From: the human T2T-CHM13v2.0 reference genome, Homo sapiens
Direction: 5' to 3' (one strand)
Length of the DNA stretch: 64,000 nucleotides
Assembly (NCBI RefSeq): GCF_009914755.1
Contig: NC_060932.1
The translations under genes were made by a program, and so were the position numbers. The notes beneath the pieces were generated by a model that saw only the letters and a program-made list of their open reading frames with translations, did not search any database and was not told where the DNA came from. Position 1 is the stretch's first letter. Each line of letters starts with the position of its first letter. Of the stretch, positions 1 to 12,325 are shown in pieces.

Positions 1-3000
1 AGCTCCTCAAGGGTCCTGGCCCTTGGGTTGGCCACACTGGCCACGGCAAAGCCTTTCCCATGGGATGATCGTCCCCTAGCTGATCCTCCAAAAAGAAAAG
101 GAAAGTTACTGCTTCCAAAAGCAGTTTTTTTCCATCGTGTTGCAGCATCAATTTGTATATCGAGTTAAAAGCTCCTTTCTTTCTAATGCATACCCTTGTT
201 CTTAATTCTGATAGTTAATAAAACACACACTAAATGTAACTGGAAAACACACATGCCTTCATTCTGCCTAATTCAACCCCGATCTCTTCTCCTTGTCAAA
301 CAACCTCAGGTTTTCTTAAAAACTCGTTTTCCTAGCATCATTGTAATATTCCCATTTTCCAAGCCTCTTGTAGAATCATCTGCTTGTCCATTTCTCTGTT
401 AAACATTCAAAACTAATTCCCAATCTTCTTATGAGGTTCTTTCACTTTTCATTCCAGTAGTTTCTATTGGTACACTCTGACTCAATTAGGTTTTAGATAC
501 CCATATCAATACCACTAATAATGTATACTTAAACAAAAATCCTGACAGTTGGCTGTGCATGTCTTATAGTCTCAAGACTATATTTTAAACAGATGTTAAA
601 TGATTTTATTCTCATTGTTCATTACTAGTATTAAATATTTTTTGGCTAAATTTCTAGGGAAGAAGTGGGTTCCAATTGTAGATCTAGGTCAGAAATTGTA
701 AATCCTGGGGACACAGTAGTAGAAATAACACATAAATCTCTTGCCTATATGGAAGTTACATCAAGAAGATGTTGACAGCTAGAGTTTCTATTTTTTAGAA
801 CACTCATAAATTATGTTGCATTTCAAAGAGCATTTGAAACTAAAACCAAACTAATGAGAAACCTGCAAAAAATGTGTCAAGATTAAAATTGGGAAACAGA
901 AAAAAAAAGAAGAGTTAATATTTGATTTCAAAACTGTCTTTTAAAAAGTTGGAATGTCAGTGTTCAAAAATACATTAGCAGATGGCTGCTACAATAAATG
1001 GGAATATAGGATTAATAACATTTGTTTCACAAACTTGACATTACAAATAAAAATATAAAATTTTAAAAACGCACTGAAGATGTTCCTAGAATTGAAACTA
1101 CAAAAAGTCAACATTAGCTCACTCAATTGTTTAGTTTGCTCAGTTTGATTTCTAAAGCAACCCTGAAAAGTAAGGATTATTAGTATTCACATTTTGCACA
1201 TGATAAATGTTGTAATGAGTTTCTATTTCAGTATCGTTTTCTCTTTTTATTTATTCTTTAGAGAGTTTGAATAAATGATTCCATAGCACATCTAATGGAA
1301 TCAATTCTCAATTTTTCACTGTCATGGCTTGTAAATTGTTTGTTTCCTTGAAAACCTTGCTTTCCCATTTTTTTGTAATTAACACAAAATCATCTGCTGA
1401 TAAACTACTCCACTAAAAATACTTTCGTTGTTTGTTAATGAGTTTATCTTTTTATACTAATCTTTACCTCATTGAACGAAATCCTTTGAAGACTTTATTT
1501 ACTGAATATTTATTGTGTGCTTACAGTATGTAATTATAAGCAAAGATATTTCAGATATTTAAAGTCAAAGTTGGTTTCAGAGTAATTAAGAATAACAGCC
1601 AGCCAAAGATCAAAATGACAAATTACACTCGGACTTTGTGTACATGAAACATGAGACAGATATGAGAAAAATGTGAAACTATATAAAAGTAAAAAAAAAA
1701 CAAGTTATTCACGATGCTTTTATGTCAATGCATCCAGTTGGAAGTTTAATATTTGAATATTTTAAAGAGAAATTTGTTATAGGATACCATGGAATGCATT
1801 TTCAAAGAGACAGGCCACGGAGTGAGTGACGGGAGCCCACAGTGGGTGGAACACAGACCTAGTTTGAGCACTGAAAGGAGGTGGCTGGTCTTCGGGAAAT
1901 GTTTTAAAGCATTTGATTCTCAGATCCACCATCTGCAAAATGTGCATGAAAGTAATACTTCCAAGGCTTGTTTTAGGAATCAAATGGATATAATGTACCT
2001 TTGAAAGTAAAGAGGGACAGATATTGTGAGTACAATTTAGAGTAACGTAATTTACACCCAGCAGAACTTTCCATTGCATGCGCACAAGGTTATCTGAGAA
2101 CAATGATGAGGAACTCAGAAAATGTACTCAAACGGCCAAATGTCTAGCATCCAGCACTGATAATATGTAGTCATTGTTATTACAATGGCACAATGTTAAT
2201 ATAATTAAATTTCCATCCCACTCTCAACAAGGCCATCTAAACCTGCCCCTCCTACCATTTTTATTATATACATAAGAATAGTACTTTAAAAATTTTAAAA
2301 AGACAATATTGGCATTAACTTAGAAAGGCTTATTTTTATTTCCTCTTTAAGAAGGGTGTTGAAGAATGAGTCTGGCTTGTGGCTAAAATCTCTGTTGAGA
2401 GCAAGTTCCTGACGGATGGGTGGGTGATATTTAGTGAGTCAAGGAAAATTAATAACAGCATTGGTGGATCAATTTCAAGTCAATGACAATACTTCAGGAA
2501 GTCCCAGAAGTTCTATCTGGTAGACACACATACACCTCACTCACCAACAAATTATTGACAAAGAATAATTCTAGAACCTTTACACTATGATCCATAGGAG
2601 GTCCAGGGAGTTGATGTATGGATTCAGAGAGAGCAATCTGTTTGGTAATGTGACTAACCGTAACTTCATCATCTTTTAGCAGAATTGTCACAGAGGGAAA
2701 AATTGGATTTTTAGGAAAGTAATAACTAGAGGCCAATGTCATTTGAAAAGGCAAGGGGGTGTCCTCCCATCTGCAGATGGAAGGAGAACGGTGGGTATGC
2801 AGCTGGAAATTCACTATTTGAATTCATCATTGTCGGGAACTGCAGCCTCACTAGTTTTATTTCTGATAAACTGAAATACAGATCTTCCTTGACAATGAGG
2901 TCATGTGACCTCAGAACTTATGAGCGAAACATACTCTGCCACTTCTGTTCATAGAAGAATCAGAACAGATTTTGTTTTTGTTTTTGTCTTTTGAAGGGAA

Positions 3001-3353
3001 AAATGTCTCTTAAAATTTAAAACTAAAGTTTTTTCTAAAATTCTTGTCAATATTTGTCTGTGCATTTAAAAACTGCCATCAGAATGCTTGATTTTTATTT
3101 TAATGAATTAAGATTTTAAAGATGTGATATGCAGATACTGCACAAACTTTAAAAGTTAACAAAGGTTATTGATGTATAATTTTATAACACAATAAAGGTC
3201 TCCTGTGATTAGACTTTCATATTATAGTTTAAAATGCATACATATATTTAGAAGCAAGAAGTATCAACTATAAGGCAAATCTGTAGACATTGAATTGAAG
3301 GCAGGAAGACAGTTTATGGGAATTAGAAAACACATACCGTTAGGAAAATAGTG

Positions 3354-4537
3354 CAACTATGCATCTCCTAACAATGGAGATACATTTTGAGAAACACATA
3401 GTTTGCTGATTTGTCCTTGTGCAAATATCGTAGAGTGAACTCACAGAAACCTAGGTGGACTAGCCTACCACACACTGAGGCTCTACGATACAGCATGTTG
3501 CTCCTGGACCACACACCTGTACTGCATGGGACTGCCCTGAATACTGAAGGCAATGGTTACACAGTGATAGGTATCTATGTATCTAAGCATATCTAACCAC
3601 AGAAAAGGTACAGCTGAAAAATCAGCATAAAAGATAGAAAATGCTACACCTGTACAGGGTACTTGCCATGAATGGAGCTTGCAGGACCAGAAGTTGCTCT
3701 GGGTGTCAGTGAACGAGTGATTATGAAGGCCTAGGACATCTCAGTACACTACTGCGGGATCTATAAATGCAGTGTACTTAGGCACACTAAATTCATTTAA
3801 ACATTTTTTTGTCTTCAATAATAAGTTAACTTTAGCTTACTGTAACATTTTGTATTTTATAAAGTTTTTGATTTTTCATCTTTTTTACTCTTACAATAAC
3901 ACATAGCTCAGAACATACTTTGTACAGCTGTATAAAATATCTTATTTCTTTATATTTTTATTCTATGTGCTTTCTTCTATTTAATTTTTTTTTTACTTTC
4001 TATACTTCTTTTGTTAAAAATGAAGACACAAACACACACGTTGTCCTAGGCCTAAACAGTGATCATCAATATCACTATCTTCCACCTTCACATCCTGTCC
4101 CACTGCAGGCTCCTCAGGGGCAGTAGTACCCATGGAGCCGTCACCTCCTATGAGAACAATGCCTTCTGGACATCTTCTGAAAGAGCTGCCTAAGACTGCT
4201 TTACAGTTAAAATTAAAAAAAAAATAATAAGCAGCAGTAGACTTCTATAATAAAAAGTATAGTAATTATATAAACCAGTACCATGGTTGTTTATGATCAG
4301 GATCAAGCATTATGCATGGTACATAAGTGTATGTGCTAGGCTTTTATATAACACACTATACGTTTGTTGCCACCAGCATCATCACAGATACGTCCACAAT
4401 GCACCACGCTATGGCATTATGATCGCTACCATGTCAATAGGTGATAGGAATATTCCAGCTCCATGAGAATCTTATCCAACCACCTTTATTTACATGGTCC
4501 ATAGCTGATTAAAATGTCTTTATGTGGTGCATGACTC
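3354..4537 (+). mobile_element. Tigger3b-like (TcMar-Tigger) non-autonomous DNA transposon, near full length
   Basis: The start CAACTATGCATCTCCTAACAATGGAGATACATTTTGAGAAA and end TATGTGGTGCATGACTC|TA match decayed Tigger3 terminal inverted repeats. Internal CTTGCCATGAATGGAGCTTGCAGGAC...GAAGTTGCTCTGGGTG matches the recalled Tigger3b consensus. Length ~1.18 kb. Confidence 0.9.
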
Positions 4538-4599
4538 TACATGTGAAATAGATAAACATATGTAAGTTTTGATTAGCCCCAACTGATCAAGAAGATGAC

Positions 4600-4776
4600 A
4601 GTTACTCAAAATAACCTTCCTCTCAGTTTTTTCACGTGTGAAACTCAGATAAGCATAGAAAGTATTTCACAGGAATGGTGGGTGGATTAATTGGGCTAGA
4701 GCATATGAAATGTTTGACTTTAGATTAAGTTGACATTTAAAATAAATATTCACAAACATTAGCAGTTATTATCATT
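4600..4776 (+). mobile_element. MIR fragment
   Basis: CTCAGTTTTTTCACGTGTGAAACTCAGATAA resembles the MIR core and is followed by a degraded MIR 3' tail. Confidence 0.6.
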
Positions 4777-4803
4777 AACTCACCTTATTTCTTTAGCCTA
4801 AGG

Positions 4804-5127
<324 letters not shown>

Positions 5128-5224
5128 CCAGGATTTACTTTTTAAATATGAATTTTCCAGATCCACAGCAGATCAGATGATGCCTCTTAGCAATCTAGTC
5201 TCAGGTTTAGAAGCCCTTCCAGGG

Positions 5225-5857
5225 TGGGGGAAGGCAGGATCCTAAGAGGACCTCCATGCTCCTGAGGTCTCCTCCTCTTGCAAGTGGGCAGGACCTGTGA
5301 CTGGCTTTTAACCAATAATGCCTGAACCTTACAGGTGGCGCGGCGTCACTCTTACCATTATGTTACATTACAGGGCAAAGGTGAAGACATTTTGCAGATG
5401 TAGAAAGGTCCCTAATCAGTTGATTTTTAAGTTAATCCAAAGGCAGTTGATTTGGGAGAACCTGACCTACTTAGAGGAACCCTTAAAAGTGTTCCAAGTC
5501 AGAGAAGGAAGCAGAAGTGGTCCCCTCCTGCTGGCCTCCCGGAAGGCACTGCCCAGTGTGGGGAGGGACAGTTGGCTGCGAGCAGTGGGCAGTTTTGGGG
5601 TCCTGAGCATCTCAGCCCTATACTTGCAAGGAGCTGAGTTCCGCCAACATCAATATGAGTATGGAAGATAATTCCAGCCTAAGGTGAGATCACAGACTGA
5701 AGGAGTCCTTGACTGCTGCTTCTTGAGGCCCTGAGAGAAGACTGGGGTAAGGGGTCCTTGATTCCAGACCGATGGAGCCCCGAGAAAACACGGATGCACT
5801 GCCTTCAGCTGCTGCATTTCTGGTCATTTGCTACTCAGCCATGGAAAAACTAATACA
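5225..5857 (+). mobile_element. MLT1E-family MaLR solo LTR
   Basis: GTGGGCAGGACCTGTGAC, TTTTGCAGATGTAGAAAGGTCCCTAATCAGTTGA and the 3' end GGAAAAACTAATACA match MLT1E-type LTRs. Confidence 0.8.
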
Positions 5858-7960
5858 GAATGCTTCCTTATAGCAAGTCTCAATCCCTGACACTGCAGTT
5901 CCAGCTCCATATGTTCCTTTTTATCATAAGTGATTAGGAAATATAGTTGGGTGCCAATAATTGCACATCAAACCTCATCTTGACTGATTTAGATGTATTT
6001 GCTCCCATTATGCGCTCCCTATAGCTAGTCTGACTTTTCAACTCTATCCATTTTCTCTCCTTATAAATAAAGGTAAGTGCATATTTTCTTGGCTTCAAAA
6101 CAACCAATGATTTTTATTTATTATTTATTTATTCATCTCTATTCTGTGTATCTTGGATGGGGCACTTCTTTCCTGACACATGTTTTTATTTTGTCTAATC
6201 TTCTTACCATCCTGGTGATATTTCTCTCTCTCTCTCTCTCTCTAAATATATATACTTACTTAGTGCTCATATTGAATTTATTTTTGCTGTGACTGCTGTA
6301 TGTGGTGGATGAGAAGTTGGCATTTTTTACAGGCAAAAGCCAATGTCAGGAACAATCAGAAGTTGTCAGGACATTGATCCTGCCCTTAATACCTGCAAAT
6401 CCTCAGCTGGACCCAAGTGTTCTGCCCAACAGGGGAGCTCATTCTACTGCGATCCCACTAACAACAGAGATCACCACATCAAAAGGAGCAATCTTATTAA
6501 AGAGAGTAACTAGAAAAAGACTCATTTTTTTTCTCAGCCTTCTCTAGGCATAGTTGGTGTTTTTTAAAACACAATTAGGAGTTATTTCAACTAATAGTTA
6601 CTTAAGTTCTCTGAGTACTTAATTCAGTTAATTGATCTGGATTTATACTTTCCGATTTTATAGCAAAAGCCTGAGAAGTTACTTAATTTACTCAATACCA
6701 CTTTAATTTCACCTTTGTGCTGCTCCTTGTAAATATGTACTTTGAACTGCTCAATTTCCCTCACTGTTCTAAAGTGCAGAGAATAGATGGAATTTAATTT
6801 TAAAGCCAGATTTTTCATTTCAGATCCTATTATGCTCCTTGCACCATCTGTGTGATCTGATCTCTGAAAATGCAATGGTCTTTTAGGTGGTCCTGAACTA
6901 CATGTGTCTAATTATAATTGTCAAATATTTAGTACTGTAGAAAAAAATGATTAGCAGCGATTTTAAAGAAAAAGTGGTACTTTATGAAAGGATGTTTATA
7001 AAGCACACATTTTTTTCAGTCCAGAAATGCTAAAGAGTGATATAAAGAAGATACATATCTAGATATCATATACATATATCATATATATATGATATATATA
7101 TGTATATACTATTGCAAAAATATACTCCTAGTTAATCTTATAATAATGGACTTTCATACAGAAGGTTCTCTGCTCATATAAACTTAAACTTAGTGGCATG
7201 CAGTTTTGGCCCTCAATATACAAGATTCCATTTAACAGTTGAAGGGATACTTTTGTAACAGAAAGTTACACTGAAAGACAAGGAAGCCTAGGATGATAAA
7301 TGGAGGTGTCTTAAACGATGACATTAACTTAGTTTGAATGAAAAATCAACCTGGGAATGGTTGATGAGAAAATGATGGAAAAGAGGAATAAAACGAAACA
7401 AAACCACAGGAACACGGGTGCATGTGAATGTGCACAGACAAAGATACAGGGCGGACTGGGAAGGAAGTTTCTGCACCAGAATTTGGGGAGATGAAGTGGA
7501 GAGAGGTGGGGTCCACTACCCGCAGCTGCCATCACAGGCGCCAAGGAAGGACGGACGAAAGGGAGTCCTTGCTTAAATGTCAGAAAGTAACCCTGCTCCT
7601 TCTGGCGGTTACTCCTTTTAGTTACATCTGAATTGGAATCCATCAAATAAATGAGTAAATGAGTAGCTCGACGGTTAGAATGACGACTTCAGCAGAAATT
7701 GGTATCTGCAATTCAAATGAGTTCAGCTAATGCTCCACATGGGAAAAGAACAGTGATTCCTGGGCCTGTCTGCTGGAGCCTACCTGGGGAACAAGGTCGA
7801 AGTCCCCAGGGAGGGGTCGATTTTAGTGATGTTGTCAACTGCTGAAATCAGGATCGGCACAGGAAACACAGGGTGTAAACTCAATCTTTATGAAGCTCTT
7901 GTACAAATATCTTTTGAGAAATGATATGTTTTTAAAGATGATATTGTGAGACAGAGTATA

Positions 7961-8247
7961 TCTTTTTTTGTTTGGTTTTTGTTTTTGTGATGGAGTCTCG
8001 CTCTGTCGCCCAGGCTGTAGTACAGTGGCGCAATCTCAGCTTCCTGCAACCTCCACCTCCCAGTTCAAGCAATTCTCCAGCCTCAGCCTCCCAAGTAGCT
8101 GGGAATTACAGGCACCCACTACCATGCTCGGCTAATTTGTGTATTTTTAGTTTCACGATGTTGGTCTCAAACTTCTGACCTCAGGTGATCCACCAGCCTC
8201 AGCCTCTCAAAGTGTTGGGATTACAGGCATGAGCCACTGCACCCAGC
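7961..8247 (-). mobile_element. AluS with small internal deletions
   Basis: Alu body on the minus strand. Clear TSD AGAGTATATCTTTTT at 7953-7967 and 8250-8264. Confidence 0.95.
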
Positions 8248-8565
8248 AAAGAGTATATCTTTTTGATACATTTGGGCGATGTCGCCATTCTTAGGGCATA
8301 TCCCTTATGAATTTCAAGTGTCTGCTGTATAGGCAAATTTTGAGACTGTTTACACTTTTCTTTATATCAAAGGCTCCAAACAAAAGAATAAAAAACCAAT
8401 AGGTAAGTCCAAAGATAGAATCAATATGTGCACAGTGTTCTCTATTTTGGTTTCAATAGCTTTGTTTTCCATAGGGTCTCACCCCTGACTCTTTCTACTA
8501 TCCTTGCCTTTTCTCTTTGTCCTGTAAGCACTGACACTGAATTCAACTCCTCAAAATTCGCATTA

Positions 8566-8893
8566 AGCCTGGCATGGTGGCTCAGGCCTTTAATTCCAGC
8601 ATTTTGGAAGGCTGAGGCAGGCAGATAACTTGAGGTCAAGAGTTCAAGACCGGCTTGGCCAACATGGCAAAACCCCATCTCTATTATGGATACAAAAATT
8701 AGCCGGGCATGATGGCTCTCACCTGTTTTCCCAGCTACTTAGGAAGCTGAGGCAGGAGAATAACTTGAACCTGGGGGGCGGAGGTTGAGGTGAGCCAAGA
8801 TCGCACCACTGCACTCCAGCCTGGGTGACAGAGTGCGACTCTGTCTCAAAAAATAAATATAAATAAACATAAAAAAATAAAACAATAAAAAAA
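8566..8893 (+). mobile_element. AluS, full length
   Basis: AGCCTGGCATGGTGGCTCA...GACTCTGTCTC plus A-rich tail. TSD AAATTCGCATT at 8554-8564 and 8897-8907. Confidence 0.95.
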
Positions 8894-9949
8894 TTGAAAT
8901 TCGCATTTATACACATCACAGGGGTGTGCCTTAGTAGTGTGTGAAAGTCCAGTCAAAGGAACAAAGCTCAAAAGTTACTGAAGGATAAAAAATGATAGAT
9001 ACTCTACAGACTCAAGAAAGAATTTATTTCAGCATTATTATCACAGGAAACAGAGTTTAAAGTTTTCTAATTTAAAAGAAATAAGAATTACTTCTTTTAA
9101 CTTGTTGTTATATAAAATAACAGATGAGTATAATAAGTGCTTCAGCTTAGATAAATATCTATGTGTTTTTCCTGCAGTGATGCTCACATAACAATTTGTA
9201 GAAATGAATGTAGAAGGAATATTTCAAATCTATTTAGGTATAATTCTAGATATCATTAAAGATGAATTGTTTTCCATGTAAAATAAGATTTCTGAGGAGC
9301 TAATTTGTGACAGGATATATTATGATATCAGTTTTCAAAGCATGAGCCTGCTCATTATGCTAGAAGGTAGAATATTTGAAATAATGAATTTGCATCTAGA
9401 CAAGGGTGCATATCAGGGCAACACAAAGTCTTTAGGGACTGGTCTTTTCATATTGACATTACACACATAAAAGTGGGAAATTCCAACTTGATAGCCCATC
9501 CATTCCCCAAATGGCCATCCCTGAACCACTTTTGTTATCTCTTTTGGCATGGACATATGTAGCACTACCAATTTCTCAGTGCTGAGTATTGCACTTCTAC
9601 TCATCAATTATCTCAAGGGAAAAAGTACAAAAAGAAAGACCTAGTGTCTTGAGACTTTTTGGCTCTGTTTGATCAGGTGGTCCCTGAAAGGTGAGCCTCT
9701 GCACCTTGAGCAGCAACTCCCTGCTGCAGGCCAAGGGAGGGCAGGGTTGTCTCTACTTTCACTGGAGAAAAAAACATCCATTGCTAACTTAAGCTTTAGG
9801 TGATAGACAATAAGAAACAAAGAAAAGGGTGAATAGCAGAAGAAAAGAGAAAAAAGCAGAAGATAAATAATTAAAGGAAAGAGAGAGAACAAGAAGGTGA
9901 GGAATGAAGAGGGAATGTATAAGGAAGTGACCACAAGTCAGGTGTGAGT

Positions 9950-10720
9950 AGAACACGTGGTTCTAAGGATGAGAGACTGAGGGCGCCAGGAGGGTCGGGT
10001 GGGAGCAGACATGGCCATGCAAAGCCAGTGGGCTCCATGGATCAGAGATTCTGGCGGGGTAGAAGTACTGGGGGCCTGAGCATTGAAGAATATGTGAGCT
10101 AGAGAGATAGCAGGTTAGAGAGAATAATTCATAAAACTGAGAGCATGGAGGGGCTGCAATCACCGGTGAGGACAAGTTCCCTGGACCTGTATGAAAAATA
10201 AGAATGGTTGAGGCAGACTGGAGGAGATCTTTGCAGAAAAGGAATTCAAGAAACAGAGGCTCAGGTTGTTGCAAAAACCATCGATACAAATACTCTATAA
10301 GAATACTTGATTCTACAAGAATCTAGTGGAAGTACGGAGAGTATGTCCCTAAATTCAAGGACTGGGAATGGAGGCGCAGGAACATGCACCAGATGTGGGG
10401 AGGTGGTAACCATCCTGTAGGCAGTGGATGCAGCGAACTCCTGCCCCAGAATCAGAGGTGGGGTTTGTAGGGAGCAAGGGAGAATGGCCCGAAGGAAGCA
10501 GTGCAGGATAAGGGACACCCTCTCTACTCCCAGCCAAGTGGATGAGCATGTACAGTGAACCACACTCCCCTGTGCTGCTGGTCAAGACGTCGGGAAGAGG
10601 GTAGGGCTGCAGGGCTGCATTCAGAGAATAAGCTGGGATATAGAAGATGCTGACAGTTGACGATAAATTCCAGAAAACATAGTAGATGGTGTTAGGGATT
10701 GAGGAAGGTGGGAGGAGGGA
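9950..10720 (-). mobile_element. L2 LINE, degraded ORF2 endonuclease-region fragment
   Basis: The reverse complement (GCCTCTGTTTCTTGAATTCC...CTTGTCCTCACCGGTGATTGCAGCCCCTCC...CTAACCTGCTATCTCTCTAGCTCAC) follows the recalled L2 ORF2 5' consensus. Highly diverged. Confidence 0.6.
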
Positions 10721-10919
10721 TGGAGTAGAGGACTTACTCGTGTCAGCTATCTCAGCATTCACAAAAGCAGAATCCTGGCTTCATCAAAGTGACCAAGGGG
10801 AAACTGAGGCAGGCCAAGATGAATGGTGATGGGGGTGGGGAGGAGCCTTTGGAGGCTGTGAGGGACGGGAGAGATGGAGGGTCAGGTAAGCGTCTGCATC
10901 TCCCGCTGCACAGGTTTGT

Positions 10920-11715
10920 AGGATCCATTCCAGCCTCTTCTGTCTCCTCCAAGCGCACGCTTCAACAATTCTCCGCTTTCTGTAACCCACCAGGGATTCC
11001 TCTCAGCAGAATCAATCCCTCCAGCATCCACGCAGGTTCCTATTTCTCTCATTTTAAAATATTTTATCTTGATCCCACCTTCCTCACTAAATATTGCTCC
11101 ATTTATTTGCACCGCTTTATGGCAAGGCTCCCCAAGAGTGTTCTTGACTTGACATCACCTCGTCCCCAACATCCAACTACATCTCCCGTCCTCATGTCAT
11201 CAGTCGAGCAACCCACGTCACTCCATCCAATGCCTGCCACCCTGACCTCATCATTCTTGATCCAAAAGCAGCAGTGGCAGCAGGTGGCTGAGCCCGCGTC
11301 CCTTGGCTTCAAGGACACTCCTCTGAGATGCTGCTTCCCTTCCTTCACGATTGCATGTTTTCAGTCTTCTTTGTTGGTTCTTCCTTTTGGGGATTCATTC
11401 CTGAGGCTCAGGAGAAAGCTGTGAGTTTTCTTTGTGATCTTCATACCCTGATCAATTTTTCTTCTCACCTGACACTTATTATTTCATAACATGCTCCACA
11501 ATTTACTTTAAAAAGGTATTGTTATGTAATGTAATGCATTGGTATAGCACGCTCTATAATTTACTTTAAAAATGTATTTTCTTATTTACTCCCAGGAAAT
11601 GGTAAACTCTGTGAAGGCAAGGATCTTTGTCTACGTTGTTCACAGACACTTCTCAAGCATCAATATGACTGCCTTGTTACTAGAAGATGCTCAATCAATA
11701 TTTATGTAAGAAAGT
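10920..11715 (+). mobile_element. L2 LINE, RT region plus 3' end fragments
   Basis: CCCTTGGCTTCAAGGACACTCCTCT...TTTCAGTCTTCTTTGTTGGTTCTTCC, and the 3' end GTAAACTCTGTGAAGGCAAGGATCTTTGTCT...GCTCAATCAATATTT. Confidence 0.75.
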
Positions 11716-11871
11716 GATTATGAAAAAAATAAGTTAAATAAAAAAGAAGGCACTTATGAAAAAAGAAGGAGACCTTGTGCCCCTGTGAGCAATGCTCCTC
11801 CGAAGGACCATCTTCCCTAGTGTAGAAGGTGGCAGTGTGCAGTTGGATAAGCCTCAGTAAAGAAACCACCT

Positions 11872-12325
11872 CGGGGTGGGGGGAGCAGGGAAGGACAGCA
11901 TTAGGAGATATACCTAATGCTAAATGACGAGTTACTGGGTGCAGCACACCAACATGGCACATGTATACATATGTAACAAACCTGCACATTGTGCACATGT
12001 ACCCTAAAACTTAATATATTATACTTTAATATATTAATATATTAAAGTATAATATATTAATACATTAAAGTATAATATATTAATATATTAAAGTATAATA
12101 TATTAATATATTAAATATATCATGTCAATATATTTATATATTTAATATATGATACATAACATATAAAATATTATAAATATATTAAATATAATATACTAAA
12201 GTATATGTATATTATATTTAGCATATAATATACTAAAGAAAAATTACATTATACTTTATATAGTTATATATTATACTTATATATATAAACTCTATTAAAG
12301 TATAATAATAATAAAAAAAAAAAAA
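11872..12325 (+). mobile_element. L1PA3-like 5'-truncated 3' end with AT-rich palindromic expansion
   Basis: TTAGGAGATATACCTAATGCTAAATGACGAG...CACATTGTGCACATGTACCCTAAAACTTAA, resuming as TTAAAGTATAATAATAATAAAAAAA at ~12295. Imperfect TSD AAGAAACCACCTC / AAAAAACACGTC. Confidence 0.92.
12011..12300. repeat. AT-rich palindrome plus ~23-bp tandem repeat
   Basis: 12011-12060 is a perfect 50-bp palindrome. It overlaps the first of ~3 copies of TTAAAGTATAATATATTAATA(T/C)A, which run into low-complexity AT sequence. Confidence 0.9.

Noticed and set aside
1-115. Possible minus-strand exon running off the window start (CAGTAACTTTCCTTTTCTTTTTGGAG|GATCAG|)
   Set aside because: Branch point and pyrimidine tract are plausible, but the first AG is a rare GAG, the donor is outside the window, and neither open frame resembles a known protein.
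9810-9930. Purine-rich tract as an H-DNA candidate
   Set aside because: Frequently interrupted and lacks mirror symmetry; ordinary low-complexity sequence.
10789-11424. 211-aa + strand ORF
   Set aside because: It lies in decayed L2 sequence, starts at GTG, is low-complexity S/P/L-rich and resembles no protein I recognise.
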